A DNA stretch of 64,000 nucleotides from Candidatus Heimdallarchaeota archaeon (GCA_018238155.1 JABCTZ010000022.1:1-64000); one strand, 5' to 3'. Shown: positions 1 to 10,684, counted from the stretch's first letter. Numbers and translations are program-made. The notes: generated by a model not told the origin, from the letters alone.

Positions 1-138
1 ATCAGTGGGATCAGTTTGATGTGTGTTCACTTCAGCACCATCGAGAAGACCATCGGCATCTGTATCTAAATCAGTGGGATCAGTTTGATATGTGTTCACT
101 TCAGCACCATCAAGAAGACCATCGGCATCGGTATCTGG
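1..138. repeat. 69-bp (23-aa) coding tandem repeat, two near-identical units, continuing degenerately to ~350
   Basis: atcagtgggatcagtttgat...gtatct starts at 1 and again at 70. Confidence 0.85.
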
Positions 139-2304
139 ATCGTTTGGGTCACAACCATTTGTGTACTCAGCGCCATCTAATAATGCATCGTTGTCAGAGT
201 CATCATCATTTGGATCGGTTATATATCCATCATCACCAGTTACAACTTCTTCGCCATCAAGGAGACCATCATCATCCGAGTCAGAGTCATTGGGGTCAGT
301 TTCAAAAAGTACTTTCTCATAATAATCCGATATTAAATCATCATCCGTATCAAAATCAAAAATCTCCAATCCATCACTACCATCTGCAACATAAGAAAGA
401 TTATTGCTTATTATAACATCTTGAGCTAATCCGTGGTCAAATATCGCACCAATAATAGATGGAGCTGTCACATCCGAGATATTTATACTAATTAATCCAT
501 CTGAGCTGGCTGCAACATATGCGTATTTTCCACTAATTGCAATACTCTCACAATTACTAATCGTAGAAATTGAAGATATTTTCTGGGGGTTTGTTTTATC
601 TGATACATTAATTATGTTAAATCCCAAACCATTTAGAGCATCACCAAGAAAAGCATAATCTCCAACCACTTGTATATTTTCAGCTTTTAAAGACGTCAAA
701 TTCCATTGACCTACTTCAATTGGACTTTGAATATTTGTTATGTTGATGATTTCTAATCCATCAGCATTGTCAGCAATAAATGCAAAATCATCTTCAATGC
801 ATATGTCAAATGCGTTCCCACCATCAAATAATTTTACCACCTCAAAAGGAGCAGTTTTATCAGTAATATTTAAAATAACAAGACCATTTAGACCTGCTGC
901 AGCAAAAACGAAATCATCTTTTATAGCAATATTGTATATGTTTTCTCCATTATTATAAGTAGCAATTTCTTCAGGATTTGAACTATTGGTAATATCTACA
1001 ATTTTAATGCCATTATTTAAGCAACTAAGATATGCATAATTTCCTTCGATACAAACTGCTAAAACATTGAAATCACCAGAAAATCGCCCAAGAATAGAAG
1101 GATTCGCTTTGTCACTTGAATCTATAACAATTAAACCATCAAATCCATTGGCTATGTATGTAATATCACTAACTACAGCAACACCTTTGGCGTCTCCTCC
1201 TTCAGATAATTTGCTTATCATAAAAGGACTTCCTTTATTTGAGATGTCCACAAGCTCTAAACCCATGTCAGCATCCGATAAATAAGTAACATTGTTGACC
1301 ATATCAAAAGCAACAATGGACCCCCCATTATCAAAATGCCCAACACGATTTGGTTCTATTTTGCTAGTAATATTGATAATATGCAAACCATCACTCATTG
1401 AAGTTGCAAAGGTATGATTACCTACCACCTTAACATTTGTGAGTGTTTTTGATTCGTTAAACAAGCCAATTTTGTTAAGGGTGTAATCATTTGATCTATT
1501 ATAGATATTTAAACCAATATTATTAGAGACTACAAAGACAAAATAATCTTGAACTGTTGAACTATAGACGTGTCCTCCAGTAAGGACTGTGCGTACAATT
1601 TTTGGAACCGCTTTATCAGAGATATTAAGAACAACTAAACCATTATCACCATCTGCTAATAGAGCATAATCGCCATCGATAGTTATACTATTTGAATTTC
1701 CACCATAAAAAGCTTCAAATACTTGAACTGGGTTCGAATTATCTGAGACATCAATAATCCTCAAGCCCTCATCTAAAAGAGTTACATAGAGAAGATCATC
1801 GACTTTTGTTATACTGGTTGTATGACCAGCTAAATTTATGGACTGAATAGGATATGGATTTGTTTTCTCTGCGATATTAATTATCCATAAATTTTCATCA
1901 CTACATCCAAGATAAGCATATTCATCATCTACAACCACTTTTAAAGCATCTGTATTGTCAGATAGTTGACTTAGAAGATTTGGTGAAGATGAATTTTCTA
2001 CATCAACAATTACTAAACCTCCTCCATCCAAAAATGTTAGATAAGCAAATCCATCAACTACAGCAACATCATTTATTTTCCCATAATTCATATCATATTG
2101 ACCTATTTCAACTGAGAAATCACCTACAGATTTTGTACTGAATGGATCAGTAATAAATGGCTGTTCCATTGTTATTTCCATTTCACAAGAAGATATCTTT
2201 GATAGAGGAAAATTATTTTGACTATAGTTGGAAATACAAAAGAGAGTAATTAATCCAATTGAGAAGAAAATTAGCTTAGAGTGTTTAATCGCTTTGTTTA
2301 ACAT
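1..2304 (-). CDS. Secreted/surface LVIVD-repeat beta-propeller protein with C-terminal Asp-rich Ca-binding (TSP3-like, D-x-D-x-D-G-L-x-D-G-x-E) repeats; runs off the window start
   Basis: Not in the ORF track because it has no stop in the window. My reading: ATG at 2304 gives MLNKAIKHSKLIFFSIGLITLF (signal-like), then repeated YAY(L/V)A...GL.I(I/V)D(I/V)S units, then DTDADGLLDGAEVNTHQTDPTD units in frame to base 1. Confidence 0.85.
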   Translation of the reverse strand, partial: MLNKAIKHSKLIFFSIGLITLFCISNYSQNNFPLSKISSCEMEITMEQPFITDPFSTKSVGDFSVEIGQYDMNYGKINDVAVVDGFAYLTFLDGGGLVIVDVENSSSPNLLSQLSDNTDALKVVVDDEYAYLGCSDENLWIINIAEKTNPYPIQSINLAGHTTSITKVDDLLYVTLLDEGLRIIDVSDNSNPVQVFEAFYGGNSNSITIDGDYALLADGDNGLVVLNISDKAVPKIVRTVLTGGHVYSSTVQDYFVFVVSNNIGLNIYNRSNDYTLNKIGLFNESKTLTNVKVVGNHTFATSMSDGLHIINITSKIEPNRVGHFDNGGSIVAFDMVNNVTYLSDADMGLELVDISNKGSPFMISKLSEGGDAKGVAVVSDITYIANGFDGLIVIDSSDKANPSILGRFSGDFNVLAVCIEGNYAYLSCLNNGIKIVDITNSSNPEEIATYNNGENIYNIAIKDDFVFAAAGLNGLVILNITDKTAPFEVVKLFDGGNAFDICIEDDFAFIADNADGLEIINITNIQSPIEVGQWNLTSLKAENIQVVGDYAFLGDALNGLGFNIINVSDKTNPQKISSISTISNCESIAISGKYAYVAASSDGLISINISDVTAPSIIGAIFDHGLAQDVIISNNLSYVADGSDGLEIFDFDTDDDLISDYYEKVLFETDPNDSDSDDDGLLDGEEVVTGDDGYITDPNDDDSDNDALLDGAEYTNGCDPNDPDTDADGLLDGAEVNTYQTDPTDLDTDADGLLDGAEVNTHQTDPTD

Positions 2305-2488
2305 TATTTGTAACCTCTCAGAAAGTTTGAAGATGTTGATAACTAATTTAGTAACTTTAAGTTATTTAATACTTACTAGATTGTTATGGTATTTTCTTCC
2401 AAAATTGTCAAAAGGAGAGATAATTGAAAAACAGAAAGTCTACTTGATTACTCTTTTCATAATAGAATGGTTTTTTTATCTTAAATTT

Positions 2489-2836
2489 CTAAAACAAGTT
2501 CTCTCGAAATTTCTCAATCGCTTTATCAATGAAAATTTCTTCGACATCTAAACTAGTAATCTTTTTTGTTTTCAATAGGAATTCTAAAACGTAATTGAAA
2601 GCATCTAAAAGCAAACTTTTAACTTCTCTTTGGGAAACTTTGGCATCATGCATAGTTAATAGAAATGATTTCCATAGCTCTTGTTCAATTTCAAGAACGG
2701 TAGGATTATACGAGAGAATATATGAAGTTGTTTTTTGCCAAACATATCGTAGATTAGAACGAATTTCGCGTTCTATTCTCGTAGTTTCCTCATGTGAAAC
2801 GTGAAATATATTTGTTGGTTTTTTATCCTTGACCAT
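2489..2836 (-). CDS. Hypothetical protein
   Basis: 115-aa ORF with GAGG upstream of the ATG; no motif recognised. Confidence 0.6.
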   Translation of the reverse strand: MVKDKKPTNIFHVSHEETTRIEREIRSNLRYVWQKTTSYILSYNPTVLEIEQELWKSFLLTMHDAKVSQREVKSLLLDAFNYVLEFLLKTKKITSLDVEEIFIDKAIEKFRENLF

Positions 2837-2953
2837 AGTTCAACCTCTTACAAAACAATCTATTCAAATATTGATAAGAAGTAGAAAAAAGGATATTTAA
2901 ACCTAGAAGGATTAAATGAATTAACGGTTAAGATTATCTTTTTTAATAGAAAA

Positions 2954-4042
2954 TCACTTGCTTCGGCTCTCAAGATAATTTGAGAGTGCAACTAATTTCA
3001 TTTTTGCCTCTTCAATAAAAGGTGGTTCTGCAGTTTCTAACGAAGCAATTGCTTCATCAGTTGATTTCTTAACTAAATTCTTTGAACTTTCTAAGGCACC
3101 AGTTTCTCGATAGATATTCTTGACATCCTTTAGCTCATCCTCAGAGATATTTTCTTTACCCATTAATTTTGTAAGGCATTTCCTTTGTTTTGGGGTTGCG
3201 TTCTTCATTGCAAATATACGCAAAATTGTTTGCTTGTTTTCACGAATATCCCCACCAACAGGTTTGCCTAACTTCTCTACATCACCAAAAATGCCAAGTA
3301 TGTCATCTTGAATTTGAAATGCTTTGCCAATACCTACACAATACCCTATTAGGGCATTTGTTTGGGATTCTGTACCCTTTCCAAGAATAGCTCCAATTTC
3401 AACTGCTTTTCTGATCAAAGCACCGGTTTTCAAATAAACCATTTTCTCATAGTCTTTCTCGGTGCTTTCAGAGAGAATTGTATCACCAGTTTCAATGATT
3501 ACCCCATCAATAACATCTCGAAACGCTTCGGAGAAAGCGTGAAGGGCTTTAATAGAATATTCCGCAGGAAATCCACTTTGGATAATACTCTCAATTGCAA
3601 ATGGAAAGCATAAATCTCCTGCAAATATGGAGATAGCTTCTCCAAAATCTTGTGCTTTTATTGGAGAATTGCTTTTCTTCTCTTTGTAGAGATTTCTAAA
3701 AATTACGTGGTAAGATGGTTTTCCTCTACGTGTTTCATCTTTATCGATAACATCATCATGTAAAAGGGAACCATTATGAAGTAGCTCAATTGCTAGTGAA
3801 GCTCGAATAATATTTCCATCAGCAGGATTACCTCCTACAGCATCAAATGCGGTTGTAACTAGAAAAGACCGAATCCTTTTCCCGCCATTATTCAAATAAT
3901 CAACAAATTCCCGATAGAAAACATCCCCAAAAGCTCCTAAATCTATTTTATTCACACCTTGTTCTTTAAACATTGCTTGAAGCTCATCATCGACTTTCTG
4001 AATGTTTTCCAAAAGGGCAAGTTTTATATCCATCAAAATCAC
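2954..4042 (-). CDS. Polyprenyl synthetase (geranylgeranyl diphosphate synthase-like)
   Basis: GGKRIR, LLHDDVIDKDETRRG (FARM), KTG, FQIQDDILG (SARM). Confidence 0.93.
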   Translation of the reverse strand: MILMDIKLALLENIQKVDDELQAMFKEQGVNKIDLGAFGDVFYREFVDYLNNGGKRIRSFLVTTAFDAVGGNPADGNIIRASLAIELLHNGSLLHDDVIDKDETRRGKPSYHVIFRNLYKEKKSNSPIKAQDFGEAISIFAGDLCFPFAIESIIQSGFPAEYSIKALHAFSEAFRDVIDGVIIETGDTILSESTEKDYEKMVYLKTGALIRKAVEIGAILGKGTESQTNALIGYCVGIGKAFQIQDDILGIFGDVEKLGKPVGGDIRENKQTILRIFAMKNATPKQRKCLTKLMGKENISEDELKDVKNIYRETGALESSKNLVKKSTDEAIASLETAEPPFIEEAKMKLVALSNYLESRSK

Positions 4043-4155
4043 AAAAGGAAGTTCTAACTTTAATCTAATTCCAAGATTTACTCATTACTTTTAACAATTA
4101 CGATAGGAAAAGAATAAATGAAGGAAAGTAAAGTAAAAGGATTAGGTGAACCGGT

Positions 4156-4848
4156 TTGAGCTATCCATTGATCTTTGCACACAGAGGAGCATCAAAAAGA
4201 GCACCAGAAAACACTTTGAAAGCTTTTAATCAGGGGATTAAAGAAGGAGCTAATGGAATAGAGCTTGATATTAGAATAACTTCAGATAAAGAAATTGTAG
4301 TTATCCATGATGAAACAATAGACCGAACATCAAATAGCTCAGGGAAAGTGAATGCTTTAACTTTGCAAGAACTACTAAAATATGATTTTGGTGAAGGAGA
4401 GAAAATACCAACACTAAAACAAGTATTGAAAAAATTTGGCAATAGATGTTGGTTGAATATAGAAATAAAAGAAGAAGGGTTCGAACAAATTTTAGTAGAG
4501 TTGTTAAAAGAACAACAAATAATAGAAAAAATCGTTATTTCTTCATTCTTAATTCCAACATTGATTAAAATAAAAGAACTTGCTCCGGAAATCCAAACAG
4601 GTTATCTCTATAATTTTAATCTTGATGATTTAGATGGTTTATTGGAAGAAGTAATTATTAATGGAATTCACCCGGAAAAGGGAACAATAACAAAAAAGAC
4701 CATTCAAGATGCTCATCGGAAAGATCTAGTCATACGAGCATGGACAGTAGATGACCCAAAAATAGCTAAAAAATTAGCCGAAAGCGGAATAGATGGAATA
4801 ATTACCAATGATCCAAAAAGAATTATTACTGCTTTATCCAAAAAGTAG
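4156..4848 (+). CDS. Glycerophosphodiester phosphodiesterase
   Basis: AHRGAS..APENTL, IELDI, HDETIDRT, WTVD, GIITNDP. Confidence 0.95.
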   Translation: MSYPLIFAHRGASKRAPENTLKAFNQGIKEGANGIELDIRITSDKEIVVIHDETIDRTSNSSGKVNALTLQELLKYDFGEGEKIPTLKQVLKKFGNRCWLNIEIKEEGFEQILVELLKEQQIIEKIVISSFLIPTLIKIKELAPEIQTGYLYNFNLDDLDGLLEEVIINGIHPEKGTITKKTIQDAHRKDLVIRAWTVDDPKIAKKLAESGIDGIITNDPKRIITALSKK

Positions 4849-4955
4849 TTAAGAAATGAATGCTTAAGGGAAAGATAAAAATGCAAAAAGATTGTATTTA
4901 AGTGTAACAGTAAAATAAATAACAGTAAACATCAATTTGTTAGCTGGGTTAAAAA

Positions 4956-5414
4956 ATGGAAGATATAGAATCAATTCTTTCGGACTTCTCACAATCAACA
5001 GGCGTAAATACCATTGTGGTAGCTTCAAGATCAGGAATTCCTATTCAAACATTTACCGCTGAAGAATCAGAAGATGTAGAAGAAGCACTAAGTGCAGCTG
5101 CATCAGGTATCATTCATATTTCGGAATATGTTTCGGATTTGCTCAATTTTGGAGGAGTAAGAGACATCCAAATCAATGTCCCTGGAGATAAACACATCGT
5201 AGCTGTGAGTGCAGGAAAAAATGCTTTAGTAATGGCGGTATTGGAAGGAGAAGCATATGTTTCACAAGCAATAACTTTAGTATTTATTGCACAAAAAATA
5301 GAACGAATTTTAGCTAAAAATCCAAATCTCCTACCACCTGGTGATAAATACATACCAGACTATGAAGAAGAGTTTGATGAAAATCTTGAAATCCCGGATA
5401 TCCCCGAAGATTAA
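4956..5414 (+). CDS. Roadblock/LC7 domain protein with acidic tail
   Basis: Helix, VVASRSGIPI, EALSAAASGI, then a beta-meander: typical roadblock pattern. Confidence 0.8.
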   Translation: MEDIESILSDFSQSTGVNTIVVASRSGIPIQTFTAEESEDVEEALSAAASGIIHISEYVSDLLNFGGVRDIQINVPGDKHIVAVSAGKNALVMAVLEGEAYVSQAITLVFIAQKIERILAKNPNLLPPGDKYIPDYEEEFDENLEIPDIPED

Positions 5415-5459
5415 GAAAAAAATGCTTTGGTTAATTTAGTATGCATCTCGATCAGACAA

Positions 5460-5726
5460 TCATTTCTTTATAGGTAAACCAGTTTGAGGGAAAATCTCTA
5501 CAAATTCTTCAAACTCACAAGACTCACAATAAACCAATGCTTCACATTGCACATTACATTTTTCTGAGCAAATTTCAGGATTGACAATGTTTCCTTCCCC
5601 AAAGGGGCAATCTAAATAGAAACTTAAACTAGCTTTACATTTAGGGCATGGAGAAAGGTTCAGCAAAACTTTAGCTTGTACCGTTTCAATTTTTACTTTT
5701 TGAATTATTCGTCTGTTCATCTGCAT
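5460..5726 (-). CDS. Small Cys-rich (zinc-ribbon-like) protein
   Basis: CPKC...C...CSEKC...C...CESC. Confidence 0.6.
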   Translation of the reverse strand: MQMNRRIIQKVKIETVQAKVLLNLSPCPKCKASLSFYLDCPFGEGNIVNPEICSEKCNVQCEALVYCESCEFEEFVEIFPQTGLPIKK

Positions 5727-5963
5727 ACATACACGTTCCCTAGTAAAGATACTAGTAAAAGGTTATATAAAAAGTCGAGACTGATTGCTGAAAGTATTAG
5801 CAATCCACTCTTTTCAAGTAAGTTTAATAGGACAATGTTCAACTAGGGTTCACTGAAAGTATTATCATACTTAATTTAAATAGAAAAAGCAACAATTTTC
5901 AACAAATTAAGATTAATTATTTAAATGGTAATATTGTCTAAGTAAGTTGAAGAAGGTCTAATA

Positions 5964-6617
5964 TTGAACACAAAAAAATTCGAAGACTCAATGCAAAAAA
6001 TTAAAACGGTTTTAGAAGAAGAAAATAGGGCAAGGGAAGCAGTAATACAAAAACAAAGAAAAACGATTAGAATTTGTAGTGAAGCGATCAAATCAATACA
6101 CAGAAAAGAATTTGAGAAAGCAGATGAAAAAATAGCTGAAGCAAGAACAATGCTTAACGAAATGTTAACTCAAGTAAGTGGGATAAAAAGCCTTGAATGC
6201 TGGAGAGGGCTGACAGATGCAAAACAAGAACTCGGAGAAGCGATGTTTATTAGCTCTATTGTTCGAAATGATACCATACCATCAGTTGAAGAATGTGACA
6301 TCAATTTCTCAAGCTATATGCTAGCAGCAAGTGATACAATAGGGGAACTAAGAAGATATTTAATGGATTCATTAAGAACAAGAGATTTTGAGAATGCACA
6401 AAGAGCATTTGACTACATGGATTATCTGTATTCAGAGCTAATGACTGTTGATTATACAAAAATGTTGGTTGGACCACTAAGACCAAAAGTAGATACTGCA
6501 CGAAATTTAGTAAATAGAAGTAGAAATGATCTAATTAATGCAATGCAAGCATATGAATTATCGCAGTCAATGACAAAACTAGCAGAGAAATTAGATGACT
6601 TTAAGAAAAAAACTTAA
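5964..6617 (+). CDS. Translin family RNA-binding protein
   Basis: RE...R.C..AI..IH, QELGEA, Y....SDTIGELRR, LRPKVD.AR. Confidence 0.9.
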   Translation: MNTKKFEDSMQKIKTVLEEENRAREAVIQKQRKTIRICSEAIKSIHRKEFEKADEKIAEARTMLNEMLTQVSGIKSLECWRGLTDAKQELGEAMFISSIVRNDTIPSVEECDINFSSYMLAASDTIGELRRYLMDSLRTRDFENAQRAFDYMDYLYSELMTVDYTKMLVGPLRPKVDTARNLVNRSRNDLINAMQAYELSQSMTKLAEKLDDFKKKT

Positions 6618-6789
6618 CTATTTCTGAACGTCAAACAATTTATTTCATTCTTTTTTTTTGAGGAAATTAGAGCTTGGAATAAAAAGCAACTCAAAACATC
6701 TATCTAAGAGAATTACATATATACTTCAAATATATGTACAGTAGTAATTTTCATTATATAGAACAAACTGTATAGGAGAGGTTTCAAAT

Positions 6790-8124
6790 ATGAGTGAAAA
6801 CATAGACTGCAACCTTAGTATTGGTGTAACAGATGCAGGAAGTCTTGGACAAGATATACAAGTTGGTATGTTATCAATCGAAAAAGAGAATGAAATCAGT
6901 TTATTGGTTAATAATCTTCTTTTTTCGGATCACATAATAAGTGTATGCCCTCCAACAAACTTAAATGATAATAAACCTGAAATGAAGAAAGAAATATCAC
7001 AAAAATATCTCTCAAAAATGATTAGAAACAGAGCAGCAAAAATAGCTCTTTTCCAAATTCAGCCTTTAGAACAATTTAAGCTGTTGCAAGAGATATCAGT
7101 TTTAGAAGGACAAAGATTGCATGAAATTGGAAAGGCAATTGATTCGTCAAATTATAATTATATTGGTAAATCGCTACAACTACGATATCAATATCCAAAG
7201 GCATACGTTGATACGTTAATAAAATCGGTTTTACAATATATGGCCTTAAATTGGTTCATAAAAGAAAATAACTGTGGTTATGCACAATTATTCAAAGAAA
7301 ACATTAACAATGAAAGAAAAATGGCTATGCATATCATTGTAAATGGTGGAGCACATAATAGTTCGTATCAAGATTTACTAAATGATAATTTGAAGAATTT
7401 GTGGACAGCAATAAAAACAAAGGAATCATCAAAATTTTACTGGAATTTGATGGTAGCAACTCATGGAATTCAAAATGCATGCAACTATTATCCAGTAGTA
7501 TCCAGTATTGATTATATGGCAAAGAAGATTAATTCAAACTTAGATAATTTCATCTATTCAAGTGATACCTTCAAAGAGGTAACTGCAGAAGAAATCATCG
7601 AACAAAAAGACCATGTAGGTAAATCGCTATTGGAAGTTTTACACGAATCATATCTGAATAGAACAGGGTCAACGTTCAGACCGCCAAAATTATGGCGAAT
7701 AGGCGACTTTAGCGACCTAGGAGAATATGAACTCACTTTACCATATCTCATGTTACAAAAATCGATCCAGGAGAAAAAAATAACTGCAAGAGAAGTAGAG
7801 GATAACGTAGAAAATATTCAACGATTTTACTCGTACAATAATCCACTAGAAAGAGATGCTTTTCTTGTTGGAAAGATAGAAAAGAAAGACAAAGAAAAAA
7901 TCAATGCTCTGAAAGAGGTTGGTATACAAGGTCTAACTATTATTGATGAAGACTTAGTAGAGGAATACCGACTACTATTGAACAATATTGCAAATTATGT
8001 GCAACAAGATGAATGTATCATTACAAATGAAGACCAAAAAACAGTGCTAGAGAAAATAGCTGCAATAGAGAAAAAAGATTTCAAAAAAATAACCAAAATA
8101 AAAATGCCAAGCAATATACTCTAA
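6790..8124 (+). CDS. Hypothetical protein (444 aa)
   Basis: Long ORF with GGAG/GAGG upstream; no family confidently recognised. Confidence 0.75.
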   Translation: MSENIDCNLSIGVTDAGSLGQDIQVGMLSIEKENEISLLVNNLLFSDHIISVCPPTNLNDNKPEMKKEISQKYLSKMIRNRAAKIALFQIQPLEQFKLLQEISVLEGQRLHEIGKAIDSSNYNYIGKSLQLRYQYPKAYVDTLIKSVLQYMALNWFIKENNCGYAQLFKENINNERKMAMHIIVNGGAHNSSYQDLLNDNLKNLWTAIKTKESSKFYWNLMVATHGIQNACNYYPVVSSIDYMAKKINSNLDNFIYSSDTFKEVTAEEIIEQKDHVGKSLLEVLHESYLNRTGSTFRPPKLWRIGDFSDLGEYELTLPYLMLQKSIQEKKITAREVEDNVENIQRFYSYNNPLERDAFLVGKIEKKDKEKINALKEVGIQGLTIIDEDLVEEYRLLLNNIANYVQQDECIITNEDQKTVLEKIAAIEKKDFKKITKIKMPSNIL

Positions 8125-8176
8125 ACAGAGGAAATGAGAAAGCTACAAGAACAAGTAGAGAAGTGATTCTTTGTAG

Positions 8177-8710
8177 CTATTTATTATTTTTATCAGTAAC
8201 CATTTCTAAAACTTTATTGCGAACTTCAGAGGAGCTAATTAGATCACCACTCTCGAATTTTGGCAAACGGCACAATTGAATGTTTAAATTGTTTTCTTTA
8301 ATGAAATTTTGAAGCGGCTGGTCATTTTTGACTTGATCGTAACCAAGGACAATATAATCAGGATTTATATCAAGAATAACATCGAAGTGCTTGCTCCCTT
8401 CATTACCTAACCGAGCAAAATCAACGACGCGAAGACCACTGAGAAGACGCAATCGCTCAAGTTCATGAAAAATGGGCTTATGACCTTTGATGCGCTCAAT
8501 AGAACTATCGCAAGCAAGAACAACAACAAGCTGACATTCAGGGCAATTGGCGGTCTTACGAGCTTCCAATAAGAAACGTAAATGAGCAGGATGAATAATA
8601 TCAAAGGTACCAAAAACTAATACTCGCTTCTGATTCTTTTGAAGAGGAGGTGGAGAAACAAAATACTGTCCTTCATCGAAAGAATCATTATCATCATTAC
8701 AAGTCGTCGT
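8177..8710 (-). CDS. ribL: FAD synthase (archaeal cytidylyltransferase-like); start probably non-canonical
   Basis: The frame extends upstream of the tracked TTG at 8569 and contains RVLVFGTFDIIHPAHLRFL. Also VVVLACD, ER, PDYIVLGYDQ and ISSS. Confidence 0.85.
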   Translation of the reverse strand, partial: TTTCNDDNDSFDEGQYFVSPPPLQKNQKRVLVFGTFDIIHPAHLRFLLEARKTANCPECQLVVVLACDSSIERIKGHKPIFHELERLRLLSGLRVVDFARLGNEGSKHFDVILDINPDYIVLGYDQVKNDQPLQNFIKENNLNIQLCRLPKFESGDLISSSEVRNKVLEMVTDKNNK

Positions 8711-8807
8711 TAGTACCTCCGTTATTAAATTTCATAACGATATCTAAAACAATATCACTTTTATTTCTATTGTTAGAAAATAGGGCAGAAAAATAAAAGA
8801 GAGAAGT

Positions 8808-8833
8808 GAAATGAGGCCGTAGGGGAATTTGAA
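8808..8833 (-). repeat. Degenerate copy 5 (most distal) of the tRNA-Lys 3' end
   Basis: gaaatgaggccgtaggggaatttgaa versus gaaaatgagggcgtagggggatttgaa at 14016. Confidence 0.75.
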
Positions 8834-9025
8834 GTAGGATAAATAAAAAAATAGAAAAAAAAATTGGTGAAAGGATTGGAAACGAGAAGAGTGACCTTCC
8901 TACACCAGACTTCTAAACCTTTATGAAGAAGTGTGTACCTAAACTTCTATTTTTATTCATAATTTTTGTTCTAAACAGATTTATTACCTAGAAAATAAAT
9001 AGTAAATGAAAAGAATTAGAGCTAA

Positions 9026-9325
9026 GTGGATAGTATGAAACAATCAATAGAAGAAATCAAAAGAAGGATTTTACCAACATTACAACAATACGATGTTGTG
9101 AAAGCATCAGTCTTTGGCTCTCAAGTTAGAGGTGAGGTAGGTGCAAAAAGTGATCTTGATCTATTAGTAGAGTTCTCAGGTAAGAAAAGTTTGTTCGATT
9201 TAGTTAATTTGAAATTTGCTTTAGAAGATTTACTACAATGCAATGTTGATGTTCTAACATACAATTCCATTCATCCATTAATTAAGGATACAATTCTCAG
9301 TGAAGAAGTGGTTATTTATGGTTAA
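9026..9325 (+). CDS. Minimal nucleotidyltransferase antitoxin (MntA-like)
   Basis: VFGSQVRGE...SDLDLLVEF...VDVLT. Confidence 0.93.
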   Translation: MDSMKQSIEEIKRRILPTLQQYDVVKASVFGSQVRGEVGAKSDLDLLVEFSGKKSLFDLVNLKFALEDLLQCNVDVLTYNSIHPLIKDTILSEEVVIYG

Positions 9326-9662
9326 ACAACCAAAAATTTTCATTCAACACATGCTTGATTCCATTAATCTAATTGAGAAATACCTCAAGGGAAAAAACAA
9401 AGAAGCATTTCTTTCCTCTGAACAACTACAAGATGCGGTTATTCGAAGGCTTGAGATCATCGGTGAAGCTGTGAAAAATCTTCCTGACTCTATCATCAAA
9501 GAGTACTCTGACTTACCATGGAAGCAGATCGCGGGCATGCGTGATATTCTAATACATCAATACTTCGGAGTTGACCTTGACCTTACTTGGGAAGTTATTC
9601 AAGTTGAGTTGCCCAGTTTAAAGGCAAAATTAGACCTTCTGATTAAATCTATTAAAGATTAA
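9318..9662 (+). CDS. HEPN RNase toxin (HepT/DUF86)
   Basis: DAVIRRLEIIGEA, PWKQIAGMRDILIHQYFGVD (R-x4-H). ATG at 9318 overlaps the MNT end. Confidence 0.93.
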   Translation: MVKQPKIFIQHMLDSINLIEKYLKGKNKEAFLSSEQLQDAVIRRLEIIGEAVKNLPDSIIKEYSDLPWKQIAGMRDILIHQYFGVDLDLTWEVIQVELPSLKAKLDLLIKSIKD

Positions 9663-9782
9663 AATAAGTCATAAGCCTAAACTATCATTCTTTTACCTAA
9701 AGAAGAAGTGAGCGCATGAGCTTTAATCTATAATTAATTTAGAAAACTAATTGATGAATTTCAGCATTCTTAAAAGGAAATA

Positions 9783-9815
9783 GAAAATGAGAGCGTAGGG
9801 GGATTTGAACCCCCG
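9783..9815 (-). repeat. Copy 4 of the tRNA-Lys 3' end
   Basis: gaaaatgagagcgtagggggatttgaacccccg: 33 nt, 1 mismatch. Confidence 0.92.
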
Positions 9816-9853
9816 CATTTGTATTTCTCTATCAATTTTCATTAATAGAATAT

Positions 9854-9881
9854 CACTCGAAATATTTAATAATTTCGAGTG
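9854..9881. promoter_or_regulatory. Inverted repeat around a TATA-like box; candidate TA autorepression operator
   Basis: CACTCGAAAT-atttaata-ATTTCGAGTG, 20 bp upstream of the antitoxin ATG. Confidence 0.6.
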
Positions 9882-9901
9882 GCACAATCATACTGAGAAC
9901 A

Positions 9902-10150
9902 ATGGCAACTATAAAAGAACACGTCATAAAAATAGGCTCAAAAGGAGAAATCTTTCCACCAAAAGAAATTAGAGAGATGCTTGGATTGGTGAAAGATCAA
10001 CAAATTATCTTAACAGTTCAAAATGATCTATTAATAATAAGGAAAGTATATACAGTGGAAGAGCTTTTAGCTAAACCAGCAAAAGTGAAGATAAGTATGC
10101 ATGCATGGAAGCAATTTAGAAAACAATTAGCAAAGGATGCAGAAAAATGA
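9902..10150 (+). CDS. AbrB/MazE-type antitoxin (VapB-like)
   Basis: KIGSKGEIFPPKEIREMLGL. Confidence 0.88.
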   Translation: MATIKEHVIKIGSKGEIFPPKEIREMLGLVKDQQIILTVQNDLLIIRKVYTVEELLAKPAKVKISMHAWKQFRKQLAKDAEK

Positions 10151-10650
10151 AGAAACTGCTTCTGGATACAACATACTTCCTGCCGTTGATAGGGGTTGAG
10201 ATCGAAGGAGTTAATTCAAATTTAGTTCAAGAAATACTAAATGCAGGGGAATATACAATTTCCTTATCGGAGATTTCATTATTTGAATTAGCAGCAAAAG
10301 GAGCAAAAATAGCCAGAAAGATGGAACTGACATACCAAGATGTCCTAAGAGGAATAGATACAATAAGACTTGATAAGGAGATTAGGATAGAGAGTTGGAC
10401 ACAGAGCCCAGCAATACTTGAAACGAGTTTTAACATACGTGCATTACATTCAGATTATGCAGATTGTATCATAGTGGCAACAGCAATATGTTCAAATGAC
10501 ATTCTAGCAACATACGATAAAACGTTAATAGAAAAAATAGCAAAAGATGAAGAAATAATCGCTGAGATAGAAAAAATAAATCCGGAATTCAGAATCTGGT
10601 TAGGGGATTTGAAGAAGAAAAGTTTAGGGATAGAAGAATTAAAGAAGTGA
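10147..10650 (+). CDS. PIN-domain toxin (VapC-like)
   Basis: LLDTTY, SLFEL, DYADCIIVATA, LATYD. ATGA overlap with the antitoxin. Confidence 0.92.
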   Translation: MKKLLLDTTYFLPLIGVEIEGVNSNLVQEILNAGEYTISLSEISLFELAAKGAKIARKMELTYQDVLRGIDTIRLDKEIRIESWTQSPAILETSFNIRALHSDYADCIIVATAICSNDILATYDKTLIEKIAKDEEIIAEIEKINPEFRIWLGDLKKKSLGIEELKK

Positions 10651-10684
10651 GAAAATGAGGGCATAGGGGGACATGAACCCCCGA
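10651..10684 (-). repeat. Copy 3 of the tRNA-Lys 3' end
   Basis: gaaaatgagggcatagggggacatgaacccccga: 34 nt, 3 mismatches. Begins immediately after the PIN gene stop. Confidence 0.9.

Noticed and set aside
21-1285. Plus-strand ORFs (His/Gln-rich 131 aa, Ser-rich 76 aa and others)
   Set aside because: Antisense shadows of the repetitive minus-strand LVIVD gene.
6790-8124. RNase HII-like call from IGVTDAGS
   Set aside because: A single weak motif; the other RNase H motifs were not recognisable.
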